A program made the position numbers and the translations under genes. Positions 1 through 8,607 of a stretch of 48,813 nt of DNA are shown here, piece by piece; position 1 is the stretch's first letter, and every line of letters begins with the position of its first letter. Source of the DNA: an uncultured Actinomycetes bacterium (GTDB lineage Bacteria; Actinomycetota; Thermoleophilia; UBA2241); the NCBI GenBank assembly GCA_963755025.1, contig CAVWIH010000018.1:1-48813 (forward strand), read 5' to 3'. The notes under the pieces were generated by a model. The model was not told where the DNA came from and made no database searches. It worked only from the letters and a program-made list of their open reading frames with translations.

Positions 1-131
1 GTCTCGACGGCATCGGGGGTCTTGCGGTAGGCGGAGTGCAACGCGTCTTCGAGCGCGCTCAGCAGCGTCTCGGCGCTGATGCCCTTCTCCTTTTCGATCT
101 GTCGTAGAGCTTCGATGATTTCTCTACTCAC
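1..131 (-). CDS. nusA: Transcription termination/antitermination factor NusA, N-terminal part (runs off the window edge)
   Basis: Manual translation from GTG at 131 gives MSREIIEALRQIEKEKGISAETLLSALEDALHSAYRKTPDAVE, a typical NusA N-terminus. GTGA overlap with the rimP stop; canonical rimP-nusA order. Confidence 0.93.
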   Translation of the reverse strand, partial: MSREIIEALRQIEKEKGISAETLLSALEDALHSAYRKTPDAVE

Positions 132-591
132 TGGTGCCCTCCGTTGTCGTCGAATTCGAAGGTCTTCGCGTGGGCCTTCGCAATCGTTTGGAACGGGATA
201 TCGACCGCCGCGCCCTCATCGAGCGTCAGCGTGACGACGGTAGGACCGGCTTGCGTGAGCCGGCCCCTGAAGACCGCTCGCCCTGCGAGGCGGGGTTCGG
301 TCTTCACATACACTCTCGCGCCCCTGGCGCGCTCGAAGTGAGCGGGCGTGCGCAGCGGTCGGTCGAGACCAGGCGACGAGACATCGAGCGCATAGCGGCT
401 ACGCAGATCGTCGAGGGCATGCGCCACGGCCTCGCACAAGGCAAGGTCGACGCCCTGGGGATGATCGACATAGACCGTAGACGCGCACCGCGGCCACCCT
501 GTACGTCGACGTCGACGACCTCGAGCTCGGGGAACTGCCCCGCGAGGGTCGTCTCGATCTCGGTCACTAGCTCACGGTCGCGCTCACTCAT
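128..591 (-). CDS. rimP: Ribosome maturation factor RimP (one apparent 1-nt deletion near 476)
   Basis: N-part MSERDRELVTEIETTLAGQFPELEVVDVDVQGGRGARLR joins, after a frame change, to VYVDHPQGVDLALCEAV...YALDVSSPGLDRPL. The VSSPG-x-DRPL motif is diagnostic; lies upstream of nusA. Confidence 0.92.
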
Positions 592-597
592 CTCCAC

Positions 598-628
598 AAA
601 ACAAAAGTGGGCGATCGCGCCCCACTTC
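598..628 (-). promoter_or_regulatory. rimP leader hairpin (terminator-like attenuator of the rimP-nusA operon)
   Basis: mRNA reads AAGUGGG-GCGCGAUCG-CCCACUU-UUGUUUUG immediately 5' of rimP, matching the known conserved GGG...CCC rimP leader stem followed by U-runs. Confidence 0.75.
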
Positions 629-670
629 TCGAAAGCCTTCGCCTCCTGATTGTCCGTGTTTGTCCGCGTA

Positions 671-676
671 AGTATA
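671..676 (-). promoter_or_regulatory. Candidate -10 element (TATACT) of the rimP-nusA promoter
   Basis: TATACT in an AT-rich patch about 45 nt upstream of the leader hairpin; no convincing -35. Confidence 0.4.
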
Positions 677-812
677 TACCACCGGCCTCGAAGACTAATC
701 AAAGCCCGGGCTTTGGGTCCGTCCCTGCCCTCAATAGCTCGGACGATACTGCCGATACCTAGGCCGGGCACGTGTGGCGAGAACCATCGACTTCCAAAAG
801 AGGGCTTCCGGC

Positions 813-1099
813 ATGGGAGAGTACACCACTTCGTCTGTCGCGAGTGCGGGTATACGGCCGACAACGTCCAATGGGGTGTCAGCGCCAACGATCCGCGCAA
901 GCGGTTCATGCCGGCCGTCTGCGTGAACTGCAAGGAGATCACCTCGGTCGACCTCACCGGCGCCGACATCATGGTCGACGAGTTCCACTGCTCGACGTGC
1001 GACAGCCAGCTGTTCTTTCTGGAGAAGGCGCAGTCGTACACCTGCCCCAAGTGCAAGGCCAAGGACATGCAGCTCATTCAGGGCGGCGAGTACTGGTAA
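813..1099 (+). CDS. Small Cys-rich hypothetical protein with four CxxC motifs (double zinc ribbon), about 95 aa; probable 1-nt deletion right after the ATG
   Basis: CREC, CVNC, CSTC and CPKC in one frame with strong GC3 bias from about 825. AAGAGGG SD at 798-804 precedes ATG 813, which is one base out of frame. Confidence 0.75.
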
Positions 1100-1152
1100 G
1101 ACCCCCGCGGCGCGCCTGCGCCCGGCCGACGCCCCGCGGCGGTCTCCCCCAC

Positions 1153-1935
1153 CTACTTCACGATGACCACCGGGCTGCCGGTCGGCACCAGGGCGCTGAC
1201 CTTGAGCACGTCGGCGTTGTGCATGCGCACGCACCCGTGGCTCACGGCCTTGCCGATGAGGGCGTCTTCGTTGGTGCCGTGAATGGCGACGGGCCCGCCC
1301 TGTGGCCAGTCCGGCAGGCGCGGCTGGAACGCGCTGATCCCCAGGGCAAGGACGCCGTACGGCCCCCCCGGCGTCGCGGGCCGCAGCTTCTGATTGACGT
1401 AGTAGATGCCCGTCGGGGTCGGGAGCTGCGCGGTGCCCACGGCGACCGGATAGCTGCCCGCGAGCGCGCCGTTCTTGTAGACGATCAGGCGGCGCTCCCC
1501 GAGGCGGATGACGATCTTGGCGGTCGTCGTGTAGATGGCGACGCCGCCCTCTTTGATCCAGCCGTGACTCTCGTGGGTGGTTCGGCAGCCAGACGTCGTA
1601 CCAGGTGGTGGCGCCGACCTGGCGCACGCCGCGCACCAGGAACACCGTCGGGTAGCCGTTCACATTGAGGCGCGCGAAGCGCTGGCGCACGGTGGCGCTC
1701 GTGCTGGGCGCGCTGTAGGCGACGACCGCGCCGACGGCCTTGGCGACCTGCCAGCGCGGCGTGGGCGCGGGGGTCGTCGTCGCCGCGCTCGCGACGGTCG
1801 GCGTGGCCGACGAGCCGGCGCCGGCTGACCCGTGCCGCCGTCGCCGGTACGGCCGTGTACGACGGCGTAGCCGGCGCCGGCCAGCACGACGAGCGCCACG
1901 ACCACGGCCGCCGCCTTCACCCAGGCGCGCTTCAT
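1153..1935 (-). CDS. L,D-transpeptidase (YkuD family) with N-terminal membrane anchor; apparent frameshifts near 1828 and 1575
   Basis: Hydrophobic N-terminus MKRAWVKAAAVVVALVVLAGAGYAVV, Thr/Ala linker, VAVG...PTPTG, and catalytic IHGT...VSHGCVRM motif. Confidence 0.9.
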
Positions 1936-1989
1936 GGCCGCGCCTCGTGCGTGGTTTGCGCGCTCCTGCCTTCAGGCTCCATGCCGGCC

Positions 1990-1998
1990 AGCATAGCA
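1990..1998 (-). promoter_or_regulatory. Extended -10 promoter (TGcTATGCT) upstream of the L,D-transpeptidase
   Basis: TG-n-TANNNT followed 7 nt later by an ATG at 1982 (leaderless geometry). Confidence 0.5.
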
Positions 1999-2074
1999 TC
2001 CTCCCCGCGCGGGCAAGCTCTCCTGTGCGTGGGTGCCGGCGGCGCCGCCGCCCCCGACACTCATCGTCCTGACG

Positions 2075-2080
2075 TACAAT
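2075..2080 (+). promoter_or_regulatory. Candidate -10 element (TACAAT) for lemA-htpX
   Basis: Near-consensus TACAAT 43 nt before the lemA GTG; SD AAAGGAG at 2108-2114. Confidence 0.5.
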
Positions 2081-2122
2081 GACGATACTGCGCAGGGATA
2101 AAACACCAAAGGAGCAGACGCT

Positions 2123-2788
2123 GTGATTGCACTCATCGTGGTGATCGTCATCGTAGTGGTGGTGGCCCTCCTGCTGTGGTCGACCTTCAACGGCATCGTG
2201 CGTCGCCGCAACCAGGTCGACAACGCCTGGAGCCAGATCGACGTGCAGCTCAAGCGGCGGCACGACCTGATCCCCAACCTGGTCTCGTCGGTCAAGGGCT
2301 ACATGCAGTTCGAGCAGGACACGCTGACCAAGGTCACCAACGCGCGCGCCGCCGCCGTCGCCGCCGGCGCCCAGGGTCCCGCCGCCCAGGCCGCGGCCGA
2401 GAACACCCTCACCCAGTCGCTGCGCTCGCTGTTCGCCGTGGTCGAGAACTACCCCGATCTCAAAGCCAACCAGAACGTGATGTCGCTGCAAGAGGAGCTC
2501 ACCACGACCGAGAACAAGATCTCGTTCGCGCGCCAGTTCTACAACGACAGCGTCATGGCCTATAACACCAAGATCCAGCAGTTCCCGAGCAACACCATCG
2601 CCGGCATGTTCAACTTCGCGCCGCGTCAGTTCTTCGAGGGCGACGCCGCCGACCACGAGGTGCCGCAGGTCGACCTGGGCATGGCCCCGCAGGTCCAGAT
2701 GCAGGCGCCCGCCGCACCCGCACAGGCCCAGCAGCCCCCGACGCCGCCGGCGCAGCCGCCCGCTCCGCCCCAGCAGCCGGCGCAGTAA
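2123..2788 (+). CDS. lemA: LemA family protein
   Basis: N-terminal TM helix; NAWSQIDVQLKRRHDLIPNLV, VENYPDLKANQN and ENKISFARQFYND motifs; Gln/Pro/Ala-rich tail. Confidence 0.97.
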   Translation: MIALIVVIVIVVVVALLLWSTFNGIVRRRNQVDNAWSQIDVQLKRRHDLIPNLVSSVKGYMQFEQDTLTKVTNARAAAVAAGAQGPAAQAAAENTLTQSLRSLFAVVENYPDLKANQNVMSLQEELTTTENKISFARQFYNDSVMAYNTKIQQFPSNTIAGMFNFAPRQFFEGDAADHEVPQVDLGMAPQVQMQAPAAPAQAQQPPTPPAQPPAPPQQPAQ

Positions 2789-2806
2789 GCGAAGGACCAG
2801 GCCCCG

Positions 2807-3799
2807 ATGTACGACCAGATCGCCCGTAACAAGCGCGACTCGGTACTGCTCGTCGCGATCATCATCGCCGTGCTGCTCACACTCGGATTCGCCATCGGAT
2901 TCGCCTATTGGGGCTCCTCCACCGCGGGCATCGGCCTGCTCGGCGTGTTCGGCATCGTGGCCATCGTGTGGAGCCTGATCGGCTACTACGGGGGCGCCGG
3001 CATCGTGCTGGCCGCGAGCCACGCGCAACGCGTGACTCGCGACCAGGCGCCGGTCCTGTGGAACGTCGTCGAGGAGATGTCGATCGCGGGCGGCATCCCC
3101 ATGCCGGCCGTGTACGTCATCAACGACCCCGCACCCAACGCCTTCGCCACCGGCCGCGACCCGCAGCACGCCGCGGTGGCGGTCACCGCCGGCCTGTTGC
3201 AGATGATGAGCCGCGACGAGCTCCAGGGCGTGATCGCCCACGAGATGTCGCACGTGCGCAACTTCGACATCCGCTTCGCCACCCTGGTCGGCGTGCTGGT
3301 CGGCATGATCGCGCTGGTCTCCGACTTCTTCCTGCGCTCCACGCTCTTCGGGTTCGGCGGGCGGCGCAGCAGCAACAACAACAACGGCGGCCTCGGGGTG
3401 GTCATCTTTCTGATTGCCATTCTGCTCGCCATCCTGGCGCCGTTCTTCGCCCTCATGGTGCAGATGGCGATCTCGCGCCACCGCGAGTACCTGGCCGACG
3501 CCTCGGGGGTCGAGCTCACCCGCAACCCGCTCGGCCTGGCTCACGCCCTGCAGAAGATCGCCGGCGACCCGCACTCGCTGCGGGTGGCGACCAGGGCGAC
3601 CGCGCACCTGTACATCGCCAACCCCCTCAGGGGCAAGAAGACAAAAGAGTCGGCGGGCCTCTTTGACACCCACCCGCCCATCCAGAAGCGCATCGACATC
3701 CTCCTCGCGATGGCGCACGCCGGCCCCGACGCCCTGCCGACGCCGCAGGACGCGGCCGCCTCGCAGCCCACGACGCCGGGAGCGCCGAGCTCGCTCTAG
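2807..3799 (+). CDS. htpX: Zinc metalloprotease HtpX (peptidase M48)
   Basis: PNAFATGRDP, HEMSH (HExxH), SRHREYLADA and FDTHPP motifs; canonical lemA-htpX pair. Confidence 0.96.
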   Translation: MYDQIARNKRDSVLLVAIIIAVLLTLGFAIGFAYWGSSTAGIGLLGVFGIVAIVWSLIGYYGGAGIVLAASHAQRVTRDQAPVLWNVVEEMSIAGGIPMPAVYVINDPAPNAFATGRDPQHAAVAVTAGLLQMMSRDELQGVIAHEMSHVRNFDIRFATLVGVLVGMIALVSDFFLRSTLFGFGGRRSSNNNNGGLGVVIFLIAILLAILAPFFALMVQMAISRHREYLADASGVELTRNPLGLAHALQKIAGDPHSLRVATRATAHLYIANPLRGKKTKESAGLFDTHPPIQKRIDILLAMAHAGPDALPTPQDAAASQPTTPGAPSSL

Positions 3800-3977
3800 C
3801 GTCGCCGGTCGACCGCGCCTCGTGCTCGTGCCGACGACTCCCCGTCGCCCGCCCGCCGTGCCCCGCGATGCGTTACGGGGACCACCCGGCCCGCCGCTTC
3901 TGAGCGACCGCAGCGCTGGGACGAGGTCCCGTGGGCTGAGCGCAGGTAGGCGCTGCGACCAGGGCGCGCCCCGCCGC

Positions 3978-4391
3978 TCAGCTCGCCTCGAGGCAGTCGT
4001 CGAGGGCGCGGCGGTAGTCGGGGTTGTCGGGGGCCATGGCCAGAGCCAGGCGCGCCGCCCGGCGGGCGCCGCGCACGTCGCCCAGGCGCAGCAGGCAGCG
4101 CGCCAGCGCGAAGTGCGCGTAGTCGCTTGCGGGGGCGCGGCGCAGGAGCTCTTCGAACTCGGCAGCCGCGCTGTCGAAGCGGCCGAGCGCGTAGTACGCC
4201 CGGCCCAGCGCCTCGCGCACCGAGTTCTTGTCGGGCGCCGCCAGCAGCGCCTGCTCGAGGTACATGGCGGCCTGCGCGGGGCGGCGCTCGGCCAGGAACC
4301 GGCCTCCGGTCTGAAAGAGCCCGTAGGCGCGTTCGCCTTCGGCGGTCTCGGCCGTCGCGGCGCGCTCGTCCCAAGGCGCCCCCTCGTTCAC
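3978..4391 (-). CDS. Tetratricopeptide-repeat protein
   Basis: TPR-like helix pairs (SVREALGRAYYALGRFDSAAAEF, DYAHFALARCLLRLG); 4-nt overlap with the HD gene. Confidence 0.85.
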   Translation of the reverse strand: MNEGAPWDERAATAETAEGERAYGLFQTGGRFLAERRPAQAAMYLEQALLAAPDKNSVREALGRAYYALGRFDSAAAEFEELLRRAPASDYAHFALARCLLRLGDVRGARRAARLALAMAPDNPDYRRALDDCLEAS

Positions 4392-4963
4392 TGGCCGGCG
4401 AGCCCCAGCTCGGCGGCCACCGTCTGCATGGCGGCCAGCGCGATCGCCAGGAACTCGTCGAGCTCGAGACCGAGCTCGGCGCAGCGCTGTATGGAAGCGC
4501 GGTCGACGCCGCGGGCGAAGGCGCCCTCGCGCATGCGCTTGCGCACCGACGAGAGCTTGACGAGCGGCAGCGAGCGGTCGGGCCGCACCAGAGTGGCCGC
4601 AGTGATGAGGCCGGTCGTCTGGTCGGCGGCGATCAGGGCGACGTCGATGGGCCGCTCGGCCACGACGCCGGTCGCCGGGTTGTGCGCCGCGACCGCGTGC
4701 ACGAGCTCGTCGGGCAGGCCGAGCTCGGTGAGCCGCTCGGCCGCCCGCGCGCCGTGCCGTGCGTCGTCGCCGGCGGTCTCTTCGGCGTCGAGGTCGTGCG
4801 CCAGGCCGGCGAGGCCCCAGACGTCGGCGTCGTGGTCGAGGCGCACCGCCAGGCCGCGCATGACGGCCTCGCAGGCGAGCATGTGGCGGCGCAGGTTGAG
4901 ATTGGCGACGGAGGCGTCGATCAGCCTCAGGACCTCGTCGCGGGAGAGCGGGGTGACGGTCAT
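4388..4963 (-). CDS. HD-superfamily (HDIG-type) metal-dependent phosphohydrolase
   Basis: HMLACEAVM...GLAHDLD...HG...AHN...AADQTTGLI...FARGVDR pattern; SD AAGGAGG. Confidence 0.9.
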   Translation of the reverse strand: MTVTPLSRDEVLRLIDASVANLNLRRHMLACEAVMRGLAVRLDHDADVWGLAGLAHDLDAEETAGDDARHGARAAERLTELGLPDELVHAVAAHNPATGVVAERPIDVALIAADQTTGLITAATLVRPDRSLPLVKLSSVRKRMREGAFARGVDRASIQRCAELGLELDEFLAIALAAMQTVAAELGLAGQ

Positions 4964-5052
4964 CGGCTAGCCTCCTTGTGGGGCCGGCGCGGGCGCGACG
5001 AGAGCGGCTTGGCCCGAGGGCGCGGTCGCGCCGGTGGGCGCTGCCGCCGGCT

Positions 5053-6267
5053 TCATCCGCCGGTGAGAACGGCCTCGACCTGGTCGAGGATGGCGCGCGC
5101 GCAGGCCGCCTTGCTGGTGCGCGGCACGTGGACCTCGCGCTCGGCGGTCAGTATGGTGATCTCGTTTTCGTCGGAACCTATGCCTATGCCGGCCATGAGG
5201 ATGTCGTTGAAGACCAGCAGGTCGACGCCCTTGGCGGCCTTCTTGGCGCGCGCCCTGTCGATGCGCGGACCGGCCTCGGCGGCAAATCCGACGCGCACCA
5301 TGCCGGCGCGCCTGGTGGTCGCCAGGATGTCGACGGTCGGCACGAGGCGCAGCGCGAGCTCGGGTGCGTCGGCCCGCGAGAGCTTGCCGTCGCTGACCGT
5401 CTCGGGGCGGTAGTCGGCGACCGCCGCCGCCATGACCAGGACGGCCGCGTCGGCGCACTCGGCCGTGACGGCGCCGGCCATGTCGGCCGCACTCTCGACG
5501 GCGACGCAGGCGTAGGGCGTGTCGGGGCTCGGCTGCGTGGTCACCAGCACGACGTCGGCGCCGCGCAGGTAGGCTTCGTCGGCCACGGCCCGCCCCATCT
5601 TGCCGCTGGAGCGGTTGCCGATGTAGCGCACCGCGTCGATGGCTTCGCGCGTGCCGCCCGAGGTCACCACGACTTTACGCCCGGCCAGGGGGCCCGCCGC
5701 GAGTCCGGCGAAGGCGCGGCGCACCGCCGCCATGAGCGCCTCGGGGCTGGCCATGCGGCCGGCGCCCTCTTCGCCGCAGGCGAGGTCGCCGACCCCCGTG
5801 GGCAGCACGTCGACGCCGCGCTCGGCGAGGGTCTGCAGGTTGGCCTGGGTTGCCTGATGTTCGTACATCGCCCAGTTGGCCGTGGGCGCGACGATCACCG
5901 GGCCGCGAAACGCCAGGTAGATGGCCGAGAGCAGGTTGTCGGCGAGGCCGGTGGCGAGCTTGGCCACGGTGTTGGCCGTGGCCGGCGCGACCACCATGAC
6001 GTCGGCCCGCCGCGCGGCTTCGATGTGCTCGAACCAGCCCCCCGTGGGCTGCCACGAACTGTCGTCGTCGAGCACGCCGGCGCGCGCCACGGCGGCGAAG
6101 GTGAGGGGCATGACGAAGCGTTTGGCGGCCTCGGTGACGACCACCGTGGGGCTGAAGCCCTCTTTGCTCAAGAGGCGCACGAACTCGACGGCCTTGTAGA
6201 TGGCGATGCCGCCGCTCACGCCCACCAGGACGTGGCGCTGCGGCAGATGGACTTCGACGTCGGTCAT
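5053..6267 (-). CDS. coaBC: Bifunctional phosphopantothenoylcysteine decarboxylase/ligase CoaBC
   Basis: VGVSGGIAIYKA, APATANTVAKLA, GDLACGEEGAGRM, GGTREAIDAVRYIGNRSSGKMG, AAAVADY, VGFAAE. Confidence 0.97.
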   Translation of the reverse strand: MTDVEVHLPQRHVLVGVSGGIAIYKAVEFVRLLSKEGFSPTVVVTEAAKRFVMPLTFAAVARAGVLDDDSSWQPTGGWFEHIEAARRADVMVVAPATANTVAKLATGLADNLLSAIYLAFRGPVIVAPTANWAMYEHQATQANLQTLAERGVDVLPTGVGDLACGEEGAGRMASPEALMAAVRRAFAGLAAGPLAGRKVVVTSGGTREAIDAVRYIGNRSSGKMGRAVADEAYLRGADVVLVTTQPSPDTPYACVAVESAADMAGAVTAECADAAVLVMAAAVADYRPETVSDGKLSRADAPELALRLVPTVDILATTRRAGMVRVGFAAEAGPRIDRARAKKAAKGVDLLVFNDILMAGIGIGSDENEITILTAEREVHVPRTSKAACARAILDQVEAVLTGG

Positions 6268-6291
6268 GGGCGCGCCCGGGAAGCGGTCGTT

Positions 6292-6525
6292 CTAGACCTT
6301 GCTCGTGAAGTGGATCTTGCCTTCGGCAATCTCTTCGAAGGCGATGGTGAGGAGGTTCTTGCTGCGCGAGGTGACGAGCGGCGGCGGGAACTCGTCGAAC
6401 ATGCCCTCGCCGAGCGAGTTGTAGTAGTTGTTGATCTGCCGCGCGCGCTTGGCGGCGATGACGGTGAGCGAATACCGCGAGTTGCCGGCCTGGGCCAGGA
6501 GCTCGTCGATGCGGGGACGGTCCAC
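6292..6525 (-). CDS. rpoZ: RNA polymerase omega subunit
   Basis: SRYSLTVIAAKRARQIN...TIAFEEIAEGK; gmk-rpoZ-coaBC synteny. Confidence 0.97.
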   Translation of the reverse strand: MDRPRIDELLAQAGNSRYSLTVIAAKRARQINNYYNSLGEGMFDEFPPPLVTSRSKNLLTIAFEEIAEGKIHFTSKV

Positions 6526-6545
6526 TAGTCTCCTTTTACGTCGCT

Positions 6546-7112
6546 TTACGGTAAGTCGCCGACAGCGCGGGCGCCGATGATGGCGGCGACCTCGGCGGCC
6601 GCCTGCTGGGCGTCGGCATTGACGACGACGTCGTCGAACTCGTGTTCGGCGGCGATCTCTGCCTTGGCGATCTCGAGCCGCCGCGCGATCGCCGCTTCGG
6701 AGTCGGTCGCCCGCCCGTGCAGGCGACGGGCCAGTTCGCCGACCGACGGCGGCGCCACGAAGATCAGCCGGGCCTGCGGGATCGCCGTTCTGATGGCCCG
6801 CGCGCCCTGCAACTCGATCTCGAGGATGACATCATAGCCCGCCGCGAGCTTGGCTTCTATGTCGCTGCGCAGCGTGCCGTACAGGTTGCCCCCGTAGTCT
6901 ACCCATTCGAGGAACTTCCCGGCGGCCACCGCCTCGCGAAACTGGGGCCGTGTGAGAAAGCGATAGTGGTCGCCGTCGCGCTCGCCGGGGCGCGGCGCGC
7001 GCGTGGTCGCCGAGACCGAGGTGACGACGTTGGGCAGGGCTGCCCGCACGAGGGCGATGACGGTCCCCTTCCCGGCGCCCGACGGCCCCGAGACGACGAA
7101 GACCGAGGGAAT
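6546..7112 (-). CDS. gmk: Guanylate kinase (apparent ATT start at 7112)
   Basis: Frame extends upstream of the called ORF to IPSVFVVSGPSGAGKGT (P-loop); SVSATTRAPRPGE, LYGT and ILEIELQGA motifs. Confidence 0.96.
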   Translation of the reverse strand: MPSVFVVSGPSGAGKGTVIALVRAALPNVVTSVSATTRAPRPGERDGDHYRFLTRPQFREAVAAGKFLEWVDYGGNLYGTLRSDIEAKLAAGYDVILEIELQGARAIRTAIPQARLIFVAPPSVGELARRLHGRATDSEAAIARRLEIAKAEIAAEHEFDDVVVNADAQQAAAEVAAIIGARAVGDLP

Positions 7113-7115
7113 GCT

Positions 7116-7448
7116 CTAGCTCCCGAAAAAGCCGAGCAGCTCGGAGCGCTGGCGGTCGGAGAGACCGCCGACGGTCTTGCTGGGGCTCACCCGGCACTGC
7201 TCCATGATGCGCGCCGACTTGACGCGGCCGCACTTGGGCGCCGCCATGAGGACGTCGATCACTTTGGCCGTGAGCAGGAACTCGGGCGGTTTGCTGAGCA
7301 CCGAGCTGATGGTGACCGCGCCGCGCTTGAGATCGACCTTGAGCGCGGCGCGCTTGCTGCGCACCAGGTTGGCGCGCTGCAGTGCGTCCATGCGCTGGTC
7401 GAGGGAGCGCTCGGGGGCGATGTTCAGCTGTTTGGCGGGAGTCTGCAT
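7116..7448 (-). CDS. mihF: Actinobacterial integration host factor (mIHF/sIHF, H2TH fold)
   Basis: QRMDALQRANLVRSKRAALKVDLKRG...KVIDVLMAAPKCGRVKS...KTVGGLSDRQR; directly upstream of gmk as in Actinomycetota. Confidence 0.93.
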   Translation of the reverse strand: MQTPAKQLNIAPERSLDQRMDALQRANLVRSKRAALKVDLKRGAVTISSVLSKPPEFLLTAKVIDVLMAAPKCGRVKSARIMEQCRVSPSKTVGGLSDRQRSELLGFFGS

Positions 7449-7459
7449 CGGCGGTGCCA

Positions 7460-7488
7460 AGTATAAGGAACGGCCGCTGCCTGTTCAA
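7460..7488 (-). promoter_or_regulatory. Housekeeping sigma promoter of mihF-gmk-rpoZ-coaBC
   Basis: TTGAAC (7488-7483), 17-nt spacer, TATACT (7465-7460). Confidence 0.8.
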
Positions 7489-7593
7489 GCGCGCAGGGTC
7501 GCCGGAAATGACGACACTTGCGGCGCAATCGCCCCGACCGGCCGAGAGCCCGGCCGGCGCGGCCCGAGCGACGCCGCGCAGCCGCGGCGCGTC

Positions 7594-8607
7594 CTACAGG
7601 TCGGCCAGGGCCCGGCCGCGCAGCGCGGCGAGGTCGGCGATGCCGCGCTCGCGCAGTTCGAGGGCCAGCTCGGCCACGATGCGCCGGGCCGCCTCGGGAC
7701 CGGTGAAGTTCGCCGCTCCGACGGCCACCGCGGTGGCGCCGCAGGCCACGAACTCGAGCACGTCGCGGCCGCTCGCGATGCCGCCCATGCCGACGATCGG
7801 CACTGAGAGCGCCGCGGCGACCTCGAAGACCATGCGCAGGGCGATCGGCTTGATGGCCGGCCCGCTCAAGCCGCCGGTGCGGTTGCCCAGGAACGGCTTG
7901 AGACTCTGCGGGTCGAGCACCAGCGCGCGCACCGTGTTGACGAGCGAGACGGCGTCGGCGCCCGCCTCGGCGGCGGCCCGCGCCACGGCGACGACGTCGG
8001 TCACGTTGGGGGTGAGCTTGACGATCACGAGGCGCGTGGTGAGCCGCCGGGCGGCGGTCGTGAGCCGAGCGGTCTCGGCCGACTCGGTGCCGATCGCGAG
8101 TCCCCCCCTCCCCACGTTCGGGCACGAGACGTTCAGCTCGTAGCCGACGACGCGGGCGGCACCCGCGCCGCCCGCGGCGAGGCGCTCCTCGACGCGGCGC
8201 AGCACCTCGAGGTAGTCCTGCGGCCGGCTGCCGCCGATGTTGACCACGACCGGCACGGGCACGTCGGCCAGCAGCTCGAAGTCGGCAAGCCAGGCGTCGA
8301 TGCCCGGGTTCTGCAGGCCGACGGCGTTGATCATGCCGGCCGCCGTCTCGGTGAGCCGCGGCGGCGCGTTGCCGGCGCGCGGCTCGAGCGTCACCGTCTT
8401 CGGCACGTAGGCGGAGAACGGGAAGGGCGTGACGACTTCGGGGCCGTAGCGGCGCGCCGTCTCGAGCGCGTCGAAGGTGCCCGAGGCGTTCAGCACCGGG
8501 TGCGCCAGGCGCACGCCGGCCAGCGTGACGGCGAGGTCGGGGGCGGACGCGGCGTCGTCGAGCCGGGGCGCGCCCCCGGGGCTGGGCACGGCGTCGGGAC
8601 GGCTCAT
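7594..8607 (-). CDS. pyrD: Dihydroorotate dehydrogenase B catalytic subunit
   Basis: PVLNASGTF, GMINAVGLQNPG, ELNVSCPN, VKLTPN, GGLSGPAIKP, GMGGI; ATG at 8607 overlaps the pyrK stop. Confidence 0.96.
   Translation of the reverse strand: MSRPDAVPSPGGAPRLDDAASAPDLAVTLAGVRLAHPVLNASGTFDALETARRYGPEVVTPFPFSAYVPKTVTLEPRAGNAPPRLTETAAGMINAVGLQNPGIDAWLADFELLADVPVPVVVNIGGSRPQDYLEVLRRVEERLAAGGAGAARVVGYELNVSCPNVGRGGLAIGTESAETARLTTAARRLTTRLVIVKLTPNVTDVVAVARAAAEAGADAVSLVNTVRALVLDPQSLKPFLGNRTGGLSGPAIKPIALRMVFEVAAALSVPIVGMGGIASGRDVLEFVACGATAVAVGAANFTGPEAARRIVAELALELRERGIADLAALRGRALADL

Noticed and set aside
650-812. N-terminal extension of the Cys-rich ORF as called in the track
   Set aside because: Lies in the divergent promoter region with poor codon bias; an SD plus ATG at 813 explains the gene better.
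4967-5056. 29-aa Ala/Pro ORF overlapping the coaBC stop
   Set aside because: Low-complexity, no motif, and the downstream HD gene has its own strong SD; cannot be supported as a gene.
7449-7460. TTG start for mihF at 7460
   Set aside because: Overlaps the -10 hexamer of a well-spaced promoter, so it would not be transcribed; ATG 7448 preferred.
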